Origin: Promethearchaeota archaeon
GTDB taxonomy: Archaea > Asgardarchaeota > Lokiarchaeia > Sigyniarchaeales > SOKP01
Reading direction: 5' to 3'
DNA: 64,000 nucleotides
Assembly (NCBI GenBank): GCA_048939995.1
Contig: JBHLOY010000011.1
Location: 32,001-96,000 of the forward strand
Each line of letters opens with the position of its first letter. Position 1 is the stretch's first letter. This document shows, one piece after another, positions 50,323-60,648 of the stretch. The position numbers were made by a program, and so were the translations under genes. The notes beneath the pieces are model-generated. The model was not told the DNA's origin, made no database searches, and saw nothing but the letters and a program-made list of their open reading frames with translations.

Positions 50323-50847
50323 CTAATATTTTCCTTTTCGCATTAATTTTTTCGCAATTAATTCAAATACAATATTAACATTGTGCCCCGTTTTAGAAGA
50401 TGTTTTGATGAAATCTAGCATATTAAAGGTATTTTTAATATCTAAAGCAGTATCATCATCCATGCTTATTGCGTCCTCAAGATCTAGTTTAGTTCCTACA
50501 AGAATAATGGGGAGGTTTATATCATGAAGCCTAATTATATTCACCCAATTTAATACATTACCCATCTGAGGCATTTTAGTGAGATCTATTAGAAGAAGGG
50601 ATGCTCTTGCGCCCATTACAAAATTGCTAAGTAAGTGTCTGAATCTCTCTTGGCCACCTAAATCCCATAATTGTAATGAACAATTTCCCTCTTCTAGATG
50701 AATTTCTTTAAGAAAAAAGTCGACACCAATAGTGGTTATTGTTGATTCATCAAAGATTCCATCCACGTATCTCCTTAACAAAGTTGTTTTACCAACTCCA
50801 CCATCTCCAGCTACAAGCAACTTAAATACGAAATTTCTAGGTGGCAT
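50323..50847 (-). CDS. Rab/Ras-like small GTPase
   Basis: GDGGVGKTT, TIGVDF, WDLGGQERF, TKLD (G4) and TSSK (G5). Confidence 0.92.
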   Translation of the reverse strand: MPPRNFVFKLLVAGDGGVGKTTLLRRYVDGIFDESTITTIGVDFFLKEIHLEEGNCSLQLWDLGGQERFRHLLSNFVMGARASLLLIDLTKMPQMGNVLNWVNIIRLHDINLPIILVGTKLDLEDAISMDDDTALDIKNTFNMLDFIKTSSKTGHNVNIVFELIAKKLMRKGKY

Positions 50848-50929
50848 TCTCTTAATACAATTTTGGATATTTAATTTATCATAAGAAAATTATCAATTTT
50901 ATATTTTAATATAATATTACCTTATTATT

Positions 50930-53179
50930 TTAGGCTTGGAATTCCTTTTCTACAACTTTATCAATTTCAGTTAGGAGAGGTTTTAGTTCCTTACTAACAA
51001 GTTTTTGTAGTCTTGCTTTTGAGGGGATTTGTTGTGTTGTTTGAATTAAATTTTGGTAAATATTTTTAGCAATAAATTGTCCTTTCTTACCCAAATCAGA
51101 TAGAATTGTATGATTTTTATTCTTAAAATTAAATTTTCTTATGGGATTTTCAAATGGTAATTTGAATATGTGCCTTGAACTTTTTTTAATTCTGACTTGA
51201 TTGTTAATTAAGGGTGAATTTAGAACTGCTGATAAATAATATGCTTCATCAATAGTACTTGGATTATAAAAAGTCAAATCTCCGGTGATTAAATAATCTC
51301 CTTCGATAACTGCTGAGCTTAGAACGGATCCCGAGTTATTGTAAACAACTTTTATTTTAGCTTGCTGTCGACTGTTAATCAACTTTGACCAACGATTCAA
51401 ATTGTCCATCAGTGACTTGTTTTTAGTACTTACTTTTTTATGTTTTAAATATATTTGATTAATTTTATCATAGAAATTTTTAGCATTTTCACTTAATTCA
51501 TCATATGTAAAGCTAAGATCTTTCTTTGAAAGCGGTAGAAAAACTCGATAGGAATCAAATATTAAAAATTTTATCAGTTCTGTACTTTTAATAACATTAA
51601 AAATATAATTCTTCTCAACCTTCTCATCCTCAAATTCAACAATATTCCAAGGTGGTTTAGCTCTTTCAAAAATCTTTGGTTCAGGATTAATTTTAACTAG
51701 TGAATCATTATAGTTTATACACCTAATAAAGATTAAATTTCTGGGATTTAAATCCGCTCCTTTATGAAATAATTTCTTATAGATACTAGGCTTAATAGGA
51801 AGTAGTTTTTGAAATTCTTCTTTATTTACTAATTTTTGAACATAAGCTTTATCTCCTTTTCTTTCAACATGATATGGAATGAAGATTTCCTCTCTATTCA
51901 AAATAAGCTCAATATTGTCAAAATAATTGATTTTATTGTTATTTTTTACACTAAGATAATAAACGGGAATTTCAAGTTCTTTATTAACTACTTCAGAATT
52001 AGAATATTCCGCGTATAAGCAGATGAAATCAATATTGAACACTTTTTCTATTTTTGGGTCAAATTTCCAAATTTTTATATTCTTAAATCCACAAAAGTTT
52101 CGAAAACGAGATGCATGGGATCCAGTAATAATTCCTTTGGTCATAACAAAAAAGATTTTAGAATTTTTCTTCAAATATTCCTTAGCTTTGTAGAAAAACA
52201 AAGTTGAAATTTCAATATTTAAAACATTTTTTGGGGACGGCTTAATTTTTAATTCCTCTGCTAAAAATTTTATTTTATTCTGGTATTCAATTGAATTTAT
52301 ATCTCTTAACGTATACCAAGGGGGATTTCCAATAATCAAATTAAACTTTTTATCATGATCAATCTCTCCTAGGAATAATGAATCCTTTACAAAGAAGTTT
52401 AATTCAATTTTTGATACATTTTCTCCCAATAACAAGAGAAAATTAACCTTTGCTATAAATATAGAAATCGGGTTAATATCATACCCGTACAACCTACTTA
52501 TTGCTAAAAATTTTTCACTTTCTGGTTTATTAGCATGAAGGATGGTTTTCACGATTTCAATTAGAAAGTTAGCAGAACCGCAGCTAAGATCAAGTACCAT
52601 TTCTCCAAATCTGTAAGTAGTTTCAACCATTTTGTTTGTTAAAAACCTTGGAGTGTAGAATTCTCCGGATTTATGTCTAATTACATTTGATAGAAAGGTT
52701 TGGATAAGAAAATCAAAGAAGTATTCATTAGGAATTTTTAATGAAAATAAATCCTTTTCAATATAACTTAAGAGTTCCTTGTAATCATTTTGACTTGACT
52801 CCTCAAAAATCTGAAAAAAAGGATCAAAATAATTCTCTTGAAGAAAAAGAGCTCTATGATACTCAATTCGAATCTTTTCTCTTTTCTTATCAAACTTTTC
52901 CAATGAAAAAATCTTGAAATGAGTTGAAATTTTAATATTTAATACAATTTTAAAAATAAAAAGGTATCCAATGAAATAGATGAGACCAAATAAAATATAT
53001 AAATGTAGATTTGCAAGTTTAGTTCCATAAATTTGGGCAAAACAATTAAACCAATGATTGTATTCACTTGTATTTCTAATATTTTTTGATTCTAATAATT
53101 CTTCTAACTTTTTAACTAATTTTTCGATCACTTTGAGATGAGCTACTTTATTTTGTTCAAATGCTAAAATATCAACCAT
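50930..53179 (-). CDS. N6-adenine DNA methyltransferase (Eco57I/type IIG-like MTase-TRD) with no evident nuclease domain
   Basis: GEFYTP, LDLSCGS, GYDINP and IIGNPPW; TRD-like YYLSAVLNS. Confidence 0.82.
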   Translation of the reverse strand: MVDILAFEQNKVAHLKVIEKLVKKLEELLESKNIRNTSEYNHWFNCFAQIYGTKLANLHLYILFGLIYFIGYLFIFKIVLNIKISTHFKIFSLEKFDKKREKIRIEYHRALFLQENYFDPFFQIFEESSQNDYKELLSYIEKDLFSLKIPNEYFFDFLIQTFLSNVIRHKSGEFYTPRFLTNKMVETTYRFGEMVLDLSCGSANFLIEIVKTILHANKPESEKFLAISRLYGYDINPISIFIAKVNFLLLLGENVSKIELNFFVKDSLFLGEIDHDKKFNLIIGNPPWYTLRDINSIEYQNKIKFLAEELKIKPSPKNVLNIEISTLFFYKAKEYLKKNSKIFFVMTKGIITGSHASRFRNFCGFKNIKIWKFDPKIEKVFNIDFICLYAEYSNSEVVNKELEIPVYYLSVKNNNKINYFDNIELILNREEIFIPYHVERKGDKAYVQKLVNKEEFQKLLPIKPSIYKKLFHKGADLNPRNLIFIRCINYNDSLVKINPEPKIFERAKPPWNIVEFEDEKVEKNYIFNVIKSTELIKFLIFDSYRVFLPLSKKDLSFTYDELSENAKNFYDKINQIYLKHKKVSTKNKSLMDNLNRWSKLINSRQQAKIKVVYNNSGSVLSSAVIEGDYLITGDLTFYNPSTIDEAYYLSAVLNSPLINNQVRIKKSSRHIFKLPFENPIRKFNFKNKNHTILSDLGKKGQFIAKNIYQNLIQTTQQIPSKARLQKLVSKELKPLLTEIDKVVEKEFQA

Positions 53180-53291
53180 TTGTTTACTTCACTATTGTGT
53201 GAATTACCAATGATTTAATATTTAATTTTAAATTTATTTTTCTATATTTATGTATTAATTAGAATTAATTTTAATATGAAATAAACTTCTT

Positions 53292-53894
53292 TTGACATCT
53301 AAAGGGATTAAAGTTTCTAAATTCTTGGAAAAAGGAATTGAATTTTCATGCCAAATGTGTGGAGATTGTTGTAGAGGACTAAAAGAGGGTGAAGTTTACC
53401 TTTTTAAAGATGACATACGACGATTAGCACATCACTTAAATTTAAAGGGAGAAAAAGGATATAGAGAATTCGTGAAGCGGTATCTTAAAGTGATTGAAGA
53501 TTCCTTTTTTTGGAAGGCTGAGAATCAAACGAGAGGAAAAAACTACAAATTTAAAACTTTAGCGTTTAGATTTACAGGAAATGATGAGCATTGCCATTTT
53601 TTAATAGATAATATTTGTACTGTTCATGATGCACGTCCGTTTCAATGTAGATGCTTCCCCTTTTGGAAGATGATGGTTACAAACAAAAAAAATCTGATTA
53701 ATTACTCAAAAAAGTGTAAGGGGCTACAAATCTTAAAAGGACGTTATTATTCTAAAGAAGAGATTTTACAATGGGCGAGAAAAGAATATAAAATCGAGAA
53801 AGAATATTTCCTGGAGATGAAGCAGCATAATTTTGATATTTTAAAGGTTTATCCCTTTCTCACGAAAGAAATAATAGAAGAATTAGAGCAATGA
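53292..53894 (+). CDS. YkgJ-family (CxxCxxCC) cysteine-cluster protein
   Basis: CQMCGDCC, CHFL, CTVHDARPFQCRCFPFW. Confidence 0.85.
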   Translation: MTSKGIKVSKFLEKGIEFSCQMCGDCCRGLKEGEVYLFKDDIRRLAHHLNLKGEKGYREFVKRYLKVIEDSFFWKAENQTRGKNYKFKTLAFRFTGNDEHCHFLIDNICTVHDARPFQCRCFPFWKMMVTNKKNLINYSKKCKGLQILKGRYYSKEEILQWARKEYKIEKEYFLEMKQHNFDILKVYPFLTKEIIEELEQ

Positions 53895-54059
53895 ACAAAT
53901 TGCTATTTACTATTAATAAGTAATAAGCAAGAAACTAGATTTCTTTATATTTAGGAAAAGTTAAAATTAATTTATTTACCTTATTAGCATTAATTAAGAA
54001 ACTTAATTTGTTATATATCATTAGGTTGCGTAAATTCAATCATATTAGGTGGTTTTAAA

Positions 54060-56459
54060 CTGAAAATTGGATTATTTATCTGTGATTGTGGCAAAAATAT
54101 TAGCGGAGTAATTAATAATAAAGAGCTTATAGATTATTTCTCTAAATATGCTAATTTACATGTTATTGGAGATCAATATCTATGTTCTGAGACCGGATTA
54201 AATAAAATCATTGAGGAAATAAAAGATAATAAGGTGGATCGTGTAGTGGTTGCGGCATGTTCTTTTAAATTACATGGGTTGTTATTTCGAAAGACTATTG
54301 AAAAAGCTGGTATAAATAGATTTCTGATATCATTTGCCAATATCCGTGAACAAAATTCTTGGGTACATAGTGACGAACCAGAGAGAGCAACAAAAAAAGC
54401 TATAGATCAAATAAGTATGGCAATTGAACAAGTAAAGCTTCTAGAACCACTAGAAGTCCAGTTTTCAGAAGTTTATCCCTCCGCTTTAATTATTGGGGGG
54501 GGTATTGCTGGTATTAAAGCCGCATTAGTTATAGCTGACGCAGGGTATAAAGTATATCTAGTTGAGAAAGATTTGACTATAGGTGGCCATATGGCGTTAT
54601 TTGATAAGACATTTCCAACTCTTGATTGTTCAATTTGCATTCTTGGACCTTTAATGAGTGAAGTAAAAGATCACCCTAACATTACTCTATATAGTTATTC
54701 TGAAATCCAAAAAGTAGAAGGATATGTAGGGAATTTTGATGTAACAATTATAAAAAAGCCTCGGTTTATAGTTGAGGAAAATTGTGTGGGATGTTTCGAT
54801 ATATGTAGAGAAGTTTGTCCTATTGATGTAAAAGATACTTTTTTCCCTCGGAAAGCGATTGATGTTCCATATCCTCAAGCTATTCCTCTCTTTCCAAACA
54901 TTTTAGAAGAATATTGTGTTGGTTGCAAGGCATGTGCTCAAGCGTGTGATCGAGATGCTATTGATTTTGAACAAAATGAAGAAGAAATTAGATTTAAAGT
55001 AGGTTCTATAATTGTAGCGACAGGTTTTAAAACTTTTGATCCTAGCATTCTTGGAGAACTTAATTATGAGAAATACCCTGATATAATTACAACCTTACAA
55101 ATGGAGCGTATGTTAAATAATGATGGTCCTACACGAGGGAGAATCGTGAGACCTTCAAGTGGAAAGCCTCCAAGAAAGGTTTCTTTTGTATTATGTGTTG
55201 GATCCAGAAATCAAGTAATTCATCATGATTATTGTAGTCAAGTATGTTGTAATGTTGCCATTAAAGAAGCGATCTTGATAAAAAAAGAATTTCCTGATGT
55301 AAAAGTTACTATTTATTATAATGATATAAGAGCCATTGGAAAGAATTGCGAAGAATTCTATAACAGGGCTCGGGAAGATTTTAAGATTAGATTTATTAAA
55401 AGTAATATCTCTGCTATATTAAAAAGCGATATCTCTACTGATAATGAGTTAATTATACGTGGGGAAGATGTAACTGAAGGAAAATTATTTGAAAATCAAA
55501 CAGATTTAGTCATTCTAGCGGTTGGAATGGAACCCGCGGTAGATACAGATAATTTAAGTAAAATTTTAAATATTTCCCAAGATACGTATGGATTTTTACT
55601 TGAGAAGCACCTAAAAATAAGACCTTCTGAGAGTTCTATCAATGGGATTTTCCTAGCAGGAGCAATACAAAGCCCAAAAGATATTCCTAATAGTATAGCT
55701 CAAGCAGAAAGCGCTGCTTCAAAAACAATAGCTTTAATTTCTAAAGGAAATGTGGAACTAGATCCACATATAGTCTATTTCAATGCAAAAGATTGTGATC
55801 TCTGTAGATTATGTGAGCAGATTTGTATTTATAATGCCATAAAAATAGAAGGGAATGAATTAAAGCTTATACAAGCGAATTGTTCTGGTTGTGGTGCATG
55901 TGCGGCAATGTGTCATAATGGTGCTCTTTATATCCCAGGCTTTAAAAAGAACCAGATTTCCACTCAAATAAGAACAGTATTAAGTAGAGAAAAGGCCGAA
56001 TACCCTTTAATTATAGCTTTCTTATGCGACTGGTGTGCTTATATGGGGGCAGATCTAGCAGGTACGAGTAAAATTAACTATCCATCGAATATAAGAGTCA
56101 TCCATGTTATGTGCACTGCCATGTTAGATCCAGCTTTAGTTTTTGAAAGCTTCTTCTTAGGTGCAGATGGTGTCTTAATTGCAGGGTGTCATAAACAAGA
56201 CTGTCATTATGAAACGGGGTTTATCAAAGCAACAACGCGTTATAGTAGCATTAAAGAGATGTTAGGAGAAACTGGTATTAATGAAAATCGCTTAAGAATT
56301 ATTAGTATTTCCGCCGGTGAAGGTGAAAAATTTGCAAAAAATATTATAGATTTTAAGAGAGAATTGGACAAGTTAGGTCCAATAAAGCCTGGAGAATTCA
56401 TTAAACCTACTGTAAAGAAGGATATTGCTAAAGAAAAAGCAAAATTAGATGAATTATAA
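54060..56459 (+). CDS. hdrA: Heterodisulfide reductase subunit A fused to a C-terminal MvhD domain
   Basis: N-terminal KIGLFICDCGKNI...YLCS in frame from CTG 54060, GGGIAG, FPTLDCSICIL, ferredoxin motifs; MvhD motifs FLCDWCAYMGAD, VMCTA and GCHKQDCHY. Confidence 0.9.
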   Translation: MKIGLFICDCGKNISGVINNKELIDYFSKYANLHVIGDQYLCSETGLNKIIEEIKDNKVDRVVVAACSFKLHGLLFRKTIEKAGINRFLISFANIREQNSWVHSDEPERATKKAIDQISMAIEQVKLLEPLEVQFSEVYPSALIIGGGIAGIKAALVIADAGYKVYLVEKDLTIGGHMALFDKTFPTLDCSICILGPLMSEVKDHPNITLYSYSEIQKVEGYVGNFDVTIIKKPRFIVEENCVGCFDICREVCPIDVKDTFFPRKAIDVPYPQAIPLFPNILEEYCVGCKACAQACDRDAIDFEQNEEEIRFKVGSIIVATGFKTFDPSILGELNYEKYPDIITTLQMERMLNNDGPTRGRIVRPSSGKPPRKVSFVLCVGSRNQVIHHDYCSQVCCNVAIKEAILIKKEFPDVKVTIYYNDIRAIGKNCEEFYNRAREDFKIRFIKSNISAILKSDISTDNELIIRGEDVTEGKLFENQTDLVILAVGMEPAVDTDNLSKILNISQDTYGFLLEKHLKIRPSESSINGIFLAGAIQSPKDIPNSIAQAESAASKTIALISKGNVELDPHIVYFNAKDCDLCRLCEQICIYNAIKIEGNELKLIQANCSGCGACAAMCHNGALYIPGFKKNQISTQIRTVLSREKAEYPLIIAFLCDWCAYMGADLAGTSKINYPSNIRVIHVMCTAMLDPALVFESFFLGADGVLIAGCHKQDCHYETGFIKATTRYSSIKEMLGETGINENRLRIISISAGEGEKFAKNIIDFKRELDKLGPIKPGEFIKPTVKKDIAKEKAKLDEL

Positions 56460-56521
56460 TATATCTTATTAATGAGCGTTCTTTATAAATACATCAGTTA
56501 AAAATAAAAAACTAGAATCTC

Positions 56522-57805
56522 ATGAGAATTCGAGCAATTACAATTGGACAAAAATTACCTTTTTTAGTAGAAGATAAAGATTTACAAACCACATTAGATG
56601 GAAAACTTGAGATGTTTTATTCCCTAAATAAAGATTTGACAAGAAGATTTAAGGATATCAATATTGAAGTTCAAACTAAACGTTTATGTTCTCAACCAAT
56701 GTTAACATATGAACAACAGGTCTATGAAAAGAATTTAAATGAGACTCTTGCAAGATTACATAATCAACTTGAAATTATTGAGCGATTAATAAAAGAGTAT
56801 GAAATAGATTATTTTGCTGCTTGTACGGTCCTTGCAGATATTCAAATTGAAAAATATGGAATATATGAAAAACTCTTTCTAAATGAAGTTCCACAATTCA
56901 TTACTCGAAGAGAAAACTTTTTTACTTCTCTCCACGTGGCTTCAACTGATCATGGTTTAAATCTATCCGCTCTCAGATCCGCAGCAAGAATTATAAAAAC
57001 TCTCTCAGAACCAGATCCTTTTAATAACTTAAAATTTTGTGTTAGTTCCAATGTAACCCCTGATACACCATTCTTTCCAGCCGCATATCATTTAGCTGAA
57101 CGCCCTTCATTTGGACTTGCTTTAGAAATGGCAGATGAAGTCATTAAAGTCTTTGAAAGTTCTAAAACTCTGGAGGACGCTCAAAGGAATCTAAAAAGTA
57201 GGTTTAATGAAATCTACGATGATTTGGTAATAATTTGTGAGCAAGTTGCCAAAAGCCATAATATTGAATTTCATGGAATAGATTTTTCGCCAGCTCCTTA
57301 TCCTACTGTTGAAAAAAGCATTGGAACTGCCTTTGAAAAATTAGGTTATGAATATTTTGGAGCTCATGGTTCATTAATAGGAGTTGCATTAATTAAAAAT
57401 GCAATACCACGGAGAGAAAAAGTAATTGGATTTTCAGGATTCATGCCATCGGTGTTAGAAGACTTTATAATTTCTAAAAGCATTTCTGAGAATAAACTAA
57501 ATTTGGATACCCTCTTGTTATACTCTACTATATGTGGAACAGGACTTGATTGTGTCCCTTTACCAGGAGATATTTCCCTGAAAGAATTATTTTATATTCT
57601 GTTGGATATGTGTACAATTTCAATTAAGTTTGATAAACCATTGACCGCAAGATTAATTCCGATCCCTGGCAGAGGAAGTGGAGATTCAGTAGATTTTGAT
57701 TTTGAGTATTTTGCTTCATCAAAAGTTATGGATGTTAGAAGATTAATAGAGTCAAAAAAAGATGATCTTTTTTCACGAAAAGAAAAAAGTTTTCGGTTTA
57801 TTTGA
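56522..57805 (+). CDS. DUF711/UPF0210 family protein
   Basis: MRIRAITIG, PFFPAAYH, GIDFSPAP, GFSGFMPSVLED, CGTGLDCVPLPG and KPLTARLIP. Confidence 0.8.
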   Translation: MRIRAITIGQKLPFLVEDKDLQTTLDGKLEMFYSLNKDLTRRFKDINIEVQTKRLCSQPMLTYEQQVYEKNLNETLARLHNQLEIIERLIKEYEIDYFAACTVLADIQIEKYGIYEKLFLNEVPQFITRRENFFTSLHVASTDHGLNLSALRSAARIIKTLSEPDPFNNLKFCVSSNVTPDTPFFPAAYHLAERPSFGLALEMADEVIKVFESSKTLEDAQRNLKSRFNEIYDDLVIICEQVAKSHNIEFHGIDFSPAPYPTVEKSIGTAFEKLGYEYFGAHGSLIGVALIKNAIPRREKVIGFSGFMPSVLEDFIISKSISENKLNLDTLLLYSTICGTGLDCVPLPGDISLKELFYILLDMCTISIKFDKPLTARLIPIPGRGSGDSVDFDFEYFASSKVMDVRRLIESKKDDLFSRKEKSFRFI

Positions 57806-57900
57806 ATTTTAGATTGATTTATGCAATAATAAGTTTTAAAACGAAACTATACTAGATTTCATAAGAAAAAATTTTTTTTAGGATAATATTACCCCAAAGA

Positions 57901-58341
57901 ATGACTGAAGAAAAAATAACTAAGAAGGAGAAACCAAGCCAACTTTTTAATGAGGCTTTTGAATATTTTGAAGGAGATTTTGAAAATAATGAATCCGATT
58001 CTCCCCAATCTACGAATATTTTGCGGGATGAAATGCTCGAGGGATTAAACCAGTTAAAAGAAGTTATAATTAATAATCCAGACTCAAAATTTCAATCTTT
58101 AAATGAATGGGAAAAAGCACAATTTTTTAATTTTATTGAATACTACTCCAGTTGCCCCATATGTCGAAAATCTAATCACCATTCTAACCTAAAGAAAATT
58201 TACTTCAATGAGAAATTAGAGTCAATTAAACGAATTCTTATTCGAATCATGAATATTGATGTTTCTAAAGGAACTGATTTTGATTTAAATTTTGGTATTC
58301 CTTGTTGTAAATGCTATAAGAAATACTTTAATGAGATATAA
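57901..58341 (+). CDS. Hypothetical zinc-binding protein
   Basis: CPIC ... GIPCCKC. Confidence 0.7.
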   Translation: MTEEKITKKEKPSQLFNEAFEYFEGDFENNESDSPQSTNILRDEMLEGLNQLKEVIINNPDSKFQSLNEWEKAQFFNFIEYYSSCPICRKSNHHSNLKKIYFNEKLESIKRILIRIMNIDVSKGTDFDLNFGIPCCKCYKKYFNEI

Positions 58342-58345
58342 TTAC

Positions 58346-58672
58346 TTAACGTAGATATTCCACAACTTTTCCAGATTGGGTTATAATGTATTTTACCTCA
58401 CCATCTACTAATCCTTTTTCAATACATAATGCTTTAAGGAGAAAATCAATATGATAATCTAGAATAGAATAATCAGTTAATAAGTTCTTTTTAGATAAGA
58501 TATCAAATAAGTTATTTCTCGAAATACTTTTTGCTTTATTTACAATATTTAGAATTTCTTTCCTAATAGGATGATTTACTGCCTTTAAATAAAGAGCATG
58601 ATATTCTCGACTTCCATCAAGAGTTTCAGATGCCTCCTCTACGGTTTCATAATCCCTCAACTTCTTTGGCAT
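58346..58672 (-). CDS. ArsR-like winged-helix protein
   Basis: KAVNHPIRKEIL...LDYHIDFL...YIITQSG. Confidence 0.8.
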   Translation of the reverse strand: MPKKLRDYETVEEASETLDGSREYHALYLKAVNHPIRKEILNIVNKAKSISRNNLFDILSKKNLLTDYSILDYHIDFLLKALCIEKGLVDGEVKYIITQSGKVVEYLR

Positions 58673-58762
58673 ATATAATAAAAAATATCAATTAAGAAAA
58701 ACTTTTACTCTTTAATCCACTTAAAAAATGAATTAAAAAAACTTGAAATAGATGATCTAGAT

Positions 58763-59824
58763 ATGAATTTTAATGAAATTAAATCAATTCTCGGAACAGA
58801 AACAGAAGACTTATTAAACTATGCTTGTACAGGAATTCCAAAGAATATGATTCACCTCCCAGGTCCTGATTTTATTGAAAGAATCTGGGAAAAATCTGAC
58901 CGTAATAATTTAGTTTTGGGAAATATGGAGCGTTTATTTAACCAATGTGGAAGATTAGCAGGTACAGGTTATCTATCCATTTTACCGGTTGATCAAGGAA
59001 TTGAGCATAGCGCTTCAGCAAGTTTCGCAGTCAACCCCTCATATTTTGATCCCGAGAATATTATAAAACTAGCCATTAGCGGAGGGTGTAATGCTATTGT
59101 TTCTACTCTTGGTGTTCTAGGAATAATGAGTCGAAGATACGCAAGAAAAATCCCAAATATTGTAAAAATTAATCATAATGAACTTTTGACCAAACCAGAA
59201 CTTTCTGATCAAACTCTCTTCGCAAATGTAGATCAAGCGTGGAGTTTTGGAGCGATTGGTGTAGGAGCAACAGTTTATTTCGGATCCACAGAATCTCGAA
59301 GACAAATTCAGGAAGTTAGCGAAGCATTTAGATACGCTCATGAACTTGGATTAGTCTGTATTTTATGGTGTTATTTAAGAAATAAAGATGAATTTATTAA
59401 AGATGGGAAAGATTATCACACAGCGAATGATTTAGAAGCTCAAGCGAATCATATTGGAGTTACTATTGAAGCTGATATAATAAAGCAGAAAATTTCTACA
59501 TTAAGTAGAGGTTTTATTGATCTCAAATTTGGAAAAACAGATAAACTTGTTTATGAAAAATTAGCAAAAGATCACCCATTGGAGTGGAATCGATACCAAA
59601 TTGCTAATTGTTATATGGGTCGTGTAGGTCTAATCAACTCTGGTGGGGAATCAGGGGGCAATGATCTGCAAGATGCAGTAAAAGCTGCTGTGATAAATAA
59701 GCGTTCAGGTGGTATGGGGCTCATTCTGGGAAGAAAAGCGTTTAAAAAGCCTACTCCTGAGGGTATTAAAATTCTTAATGCTGTACAAGACGTGTATTTA
59801 TGCCAGGAAGTTACAATTTCATAA
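58763..59824 (+). CDS. fbaB: Class I fructose-bisphosphate aldolase (FbaB/DhnA type)
   Basis: [34 protein letters not shown] and GLILGRKAF. Confidence 0.92.
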   Translation: MNFNEIKSILGTETEDLLNYACTGIPKNMIHLPGPDFIERIWEKSDRNNLVLGNMERLFNQCGRLAGTGYLSILPVDQGIEHSASASFAVNPSYFDPENIIKLAISGGCNAIVSTLGVLGIMSRRYARKIPNIVKINHNELLTKPELSDQTLFANVDQAWSFGAIGVGATVYFGSTESRRQIQEVSEAFRYAHELGLVCILWCYLRNKDEFIKDGKDYHTANDLEAQANHIGVTIEADIIKQKISTLSRGFIDLKFGKTDKLVYEKLAKDHPLEWNRYQIANCYMGRVGLINSGGESGGNDLQDAVKAAVINKRSGGMGLILGRKAFKKPTPEGIKILNAVQDVYLCQEVTIS

Positions 59825-59980
59825 TTAAATTTTTTTCAACTCTTATTTCTCTTTTTATAATCTCTGTCAGTCAATTTTGAAATAAATATTGGACTACAAT
59901 AACTTAAATAAATGTAATTTTCATATAGATCATAAGCTAAAAGAAGATAAAAAAAGTAACTAATATAAGAGAGAAAAAAA

Positions 59981-60637
59981 ATGGGTAAAGAATATTATCG
60001 ACCTTCAGGAGATAATCCTTATAAGGTAAGAAATGTGCCCTCAAATGTGCAAAATCAAACCCCACCAAAAGATTCTCCTATAAACTTTAAAACCGATCGT
60101 ATTTGTCCTGCCTGCGGAAAAATTATTAAAATTAGCCATAATTTTTGTAAGTTCTGTGGAATTGACTTGAGTACTATTATCCCATTAGGAGATTCAGACA
60201 GAACATTAATTGAGTTAGCCAAAACAGCACTAACAGATCAAGATGCTGATGTGAGGAGAGATGCTGTAGATACAATTGGAGACTTAGGAGAACGTGATGT
60301 TCTTGGTATTTTAACCTATATTTTAATGAATGATATTGATGCTTTGGTAAGAAAAGAGGCTGCTGATGAATTAGGAAATAAACATAACCCAATATCCATC
60401 GATATTTTAACTAAAGCTCTTAAAGATAGAAGTCCGATTGTAAGAAAACAAGCAATTGAAGCTTTAAAAAAAATTAAAAAAATGGCTACACCTGAACAAA
60501 AACCAGAAATTATTATTGAAAAACCCACAGAAATTAAGCAAACTGACTCTGAACAAAAAAATCATGAAGAGAAGGACGAATCAGAAGATCCTCTTACAGA
60601 AATTGACCCTGAGGATGACAATTTCTATAAAGTATAA
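59981..60637 (+). CDS. Zinc-ribbon plus HEAT-repeat protein with an acidic tail
   Basis: CPACG...FCKFCG; three D..VR..A...LG repeats. Confidence 0.8.
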   Translation: MGKEYYRPSGDNPYKVRNVPSNVQNQTPPKDSPINFKTDRICPACGKIIKISHNFCKFCGIDLSTIIPLGDSDRTLIELAKTALTDQDADVRRDAVDTIGDLGERDVLGILTYILMNDIDALVRKEAADELGNKHNPISIDILTKALKDRSPIVRKQAIEALKKIKKMATPEQKPEIIIEKPTEIKQTDSEQKNHEEKDESEDPLTEIDPEDDNFYKV

Positions 60638-60648
60638 ATTAATTTAAG

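Noticed and set aside
54060-56520. Selenocysteine recoding or SECIS in hdrA-mvhD
   Set aside because: No in-frame TGA; all relevant positions are Cys codons.
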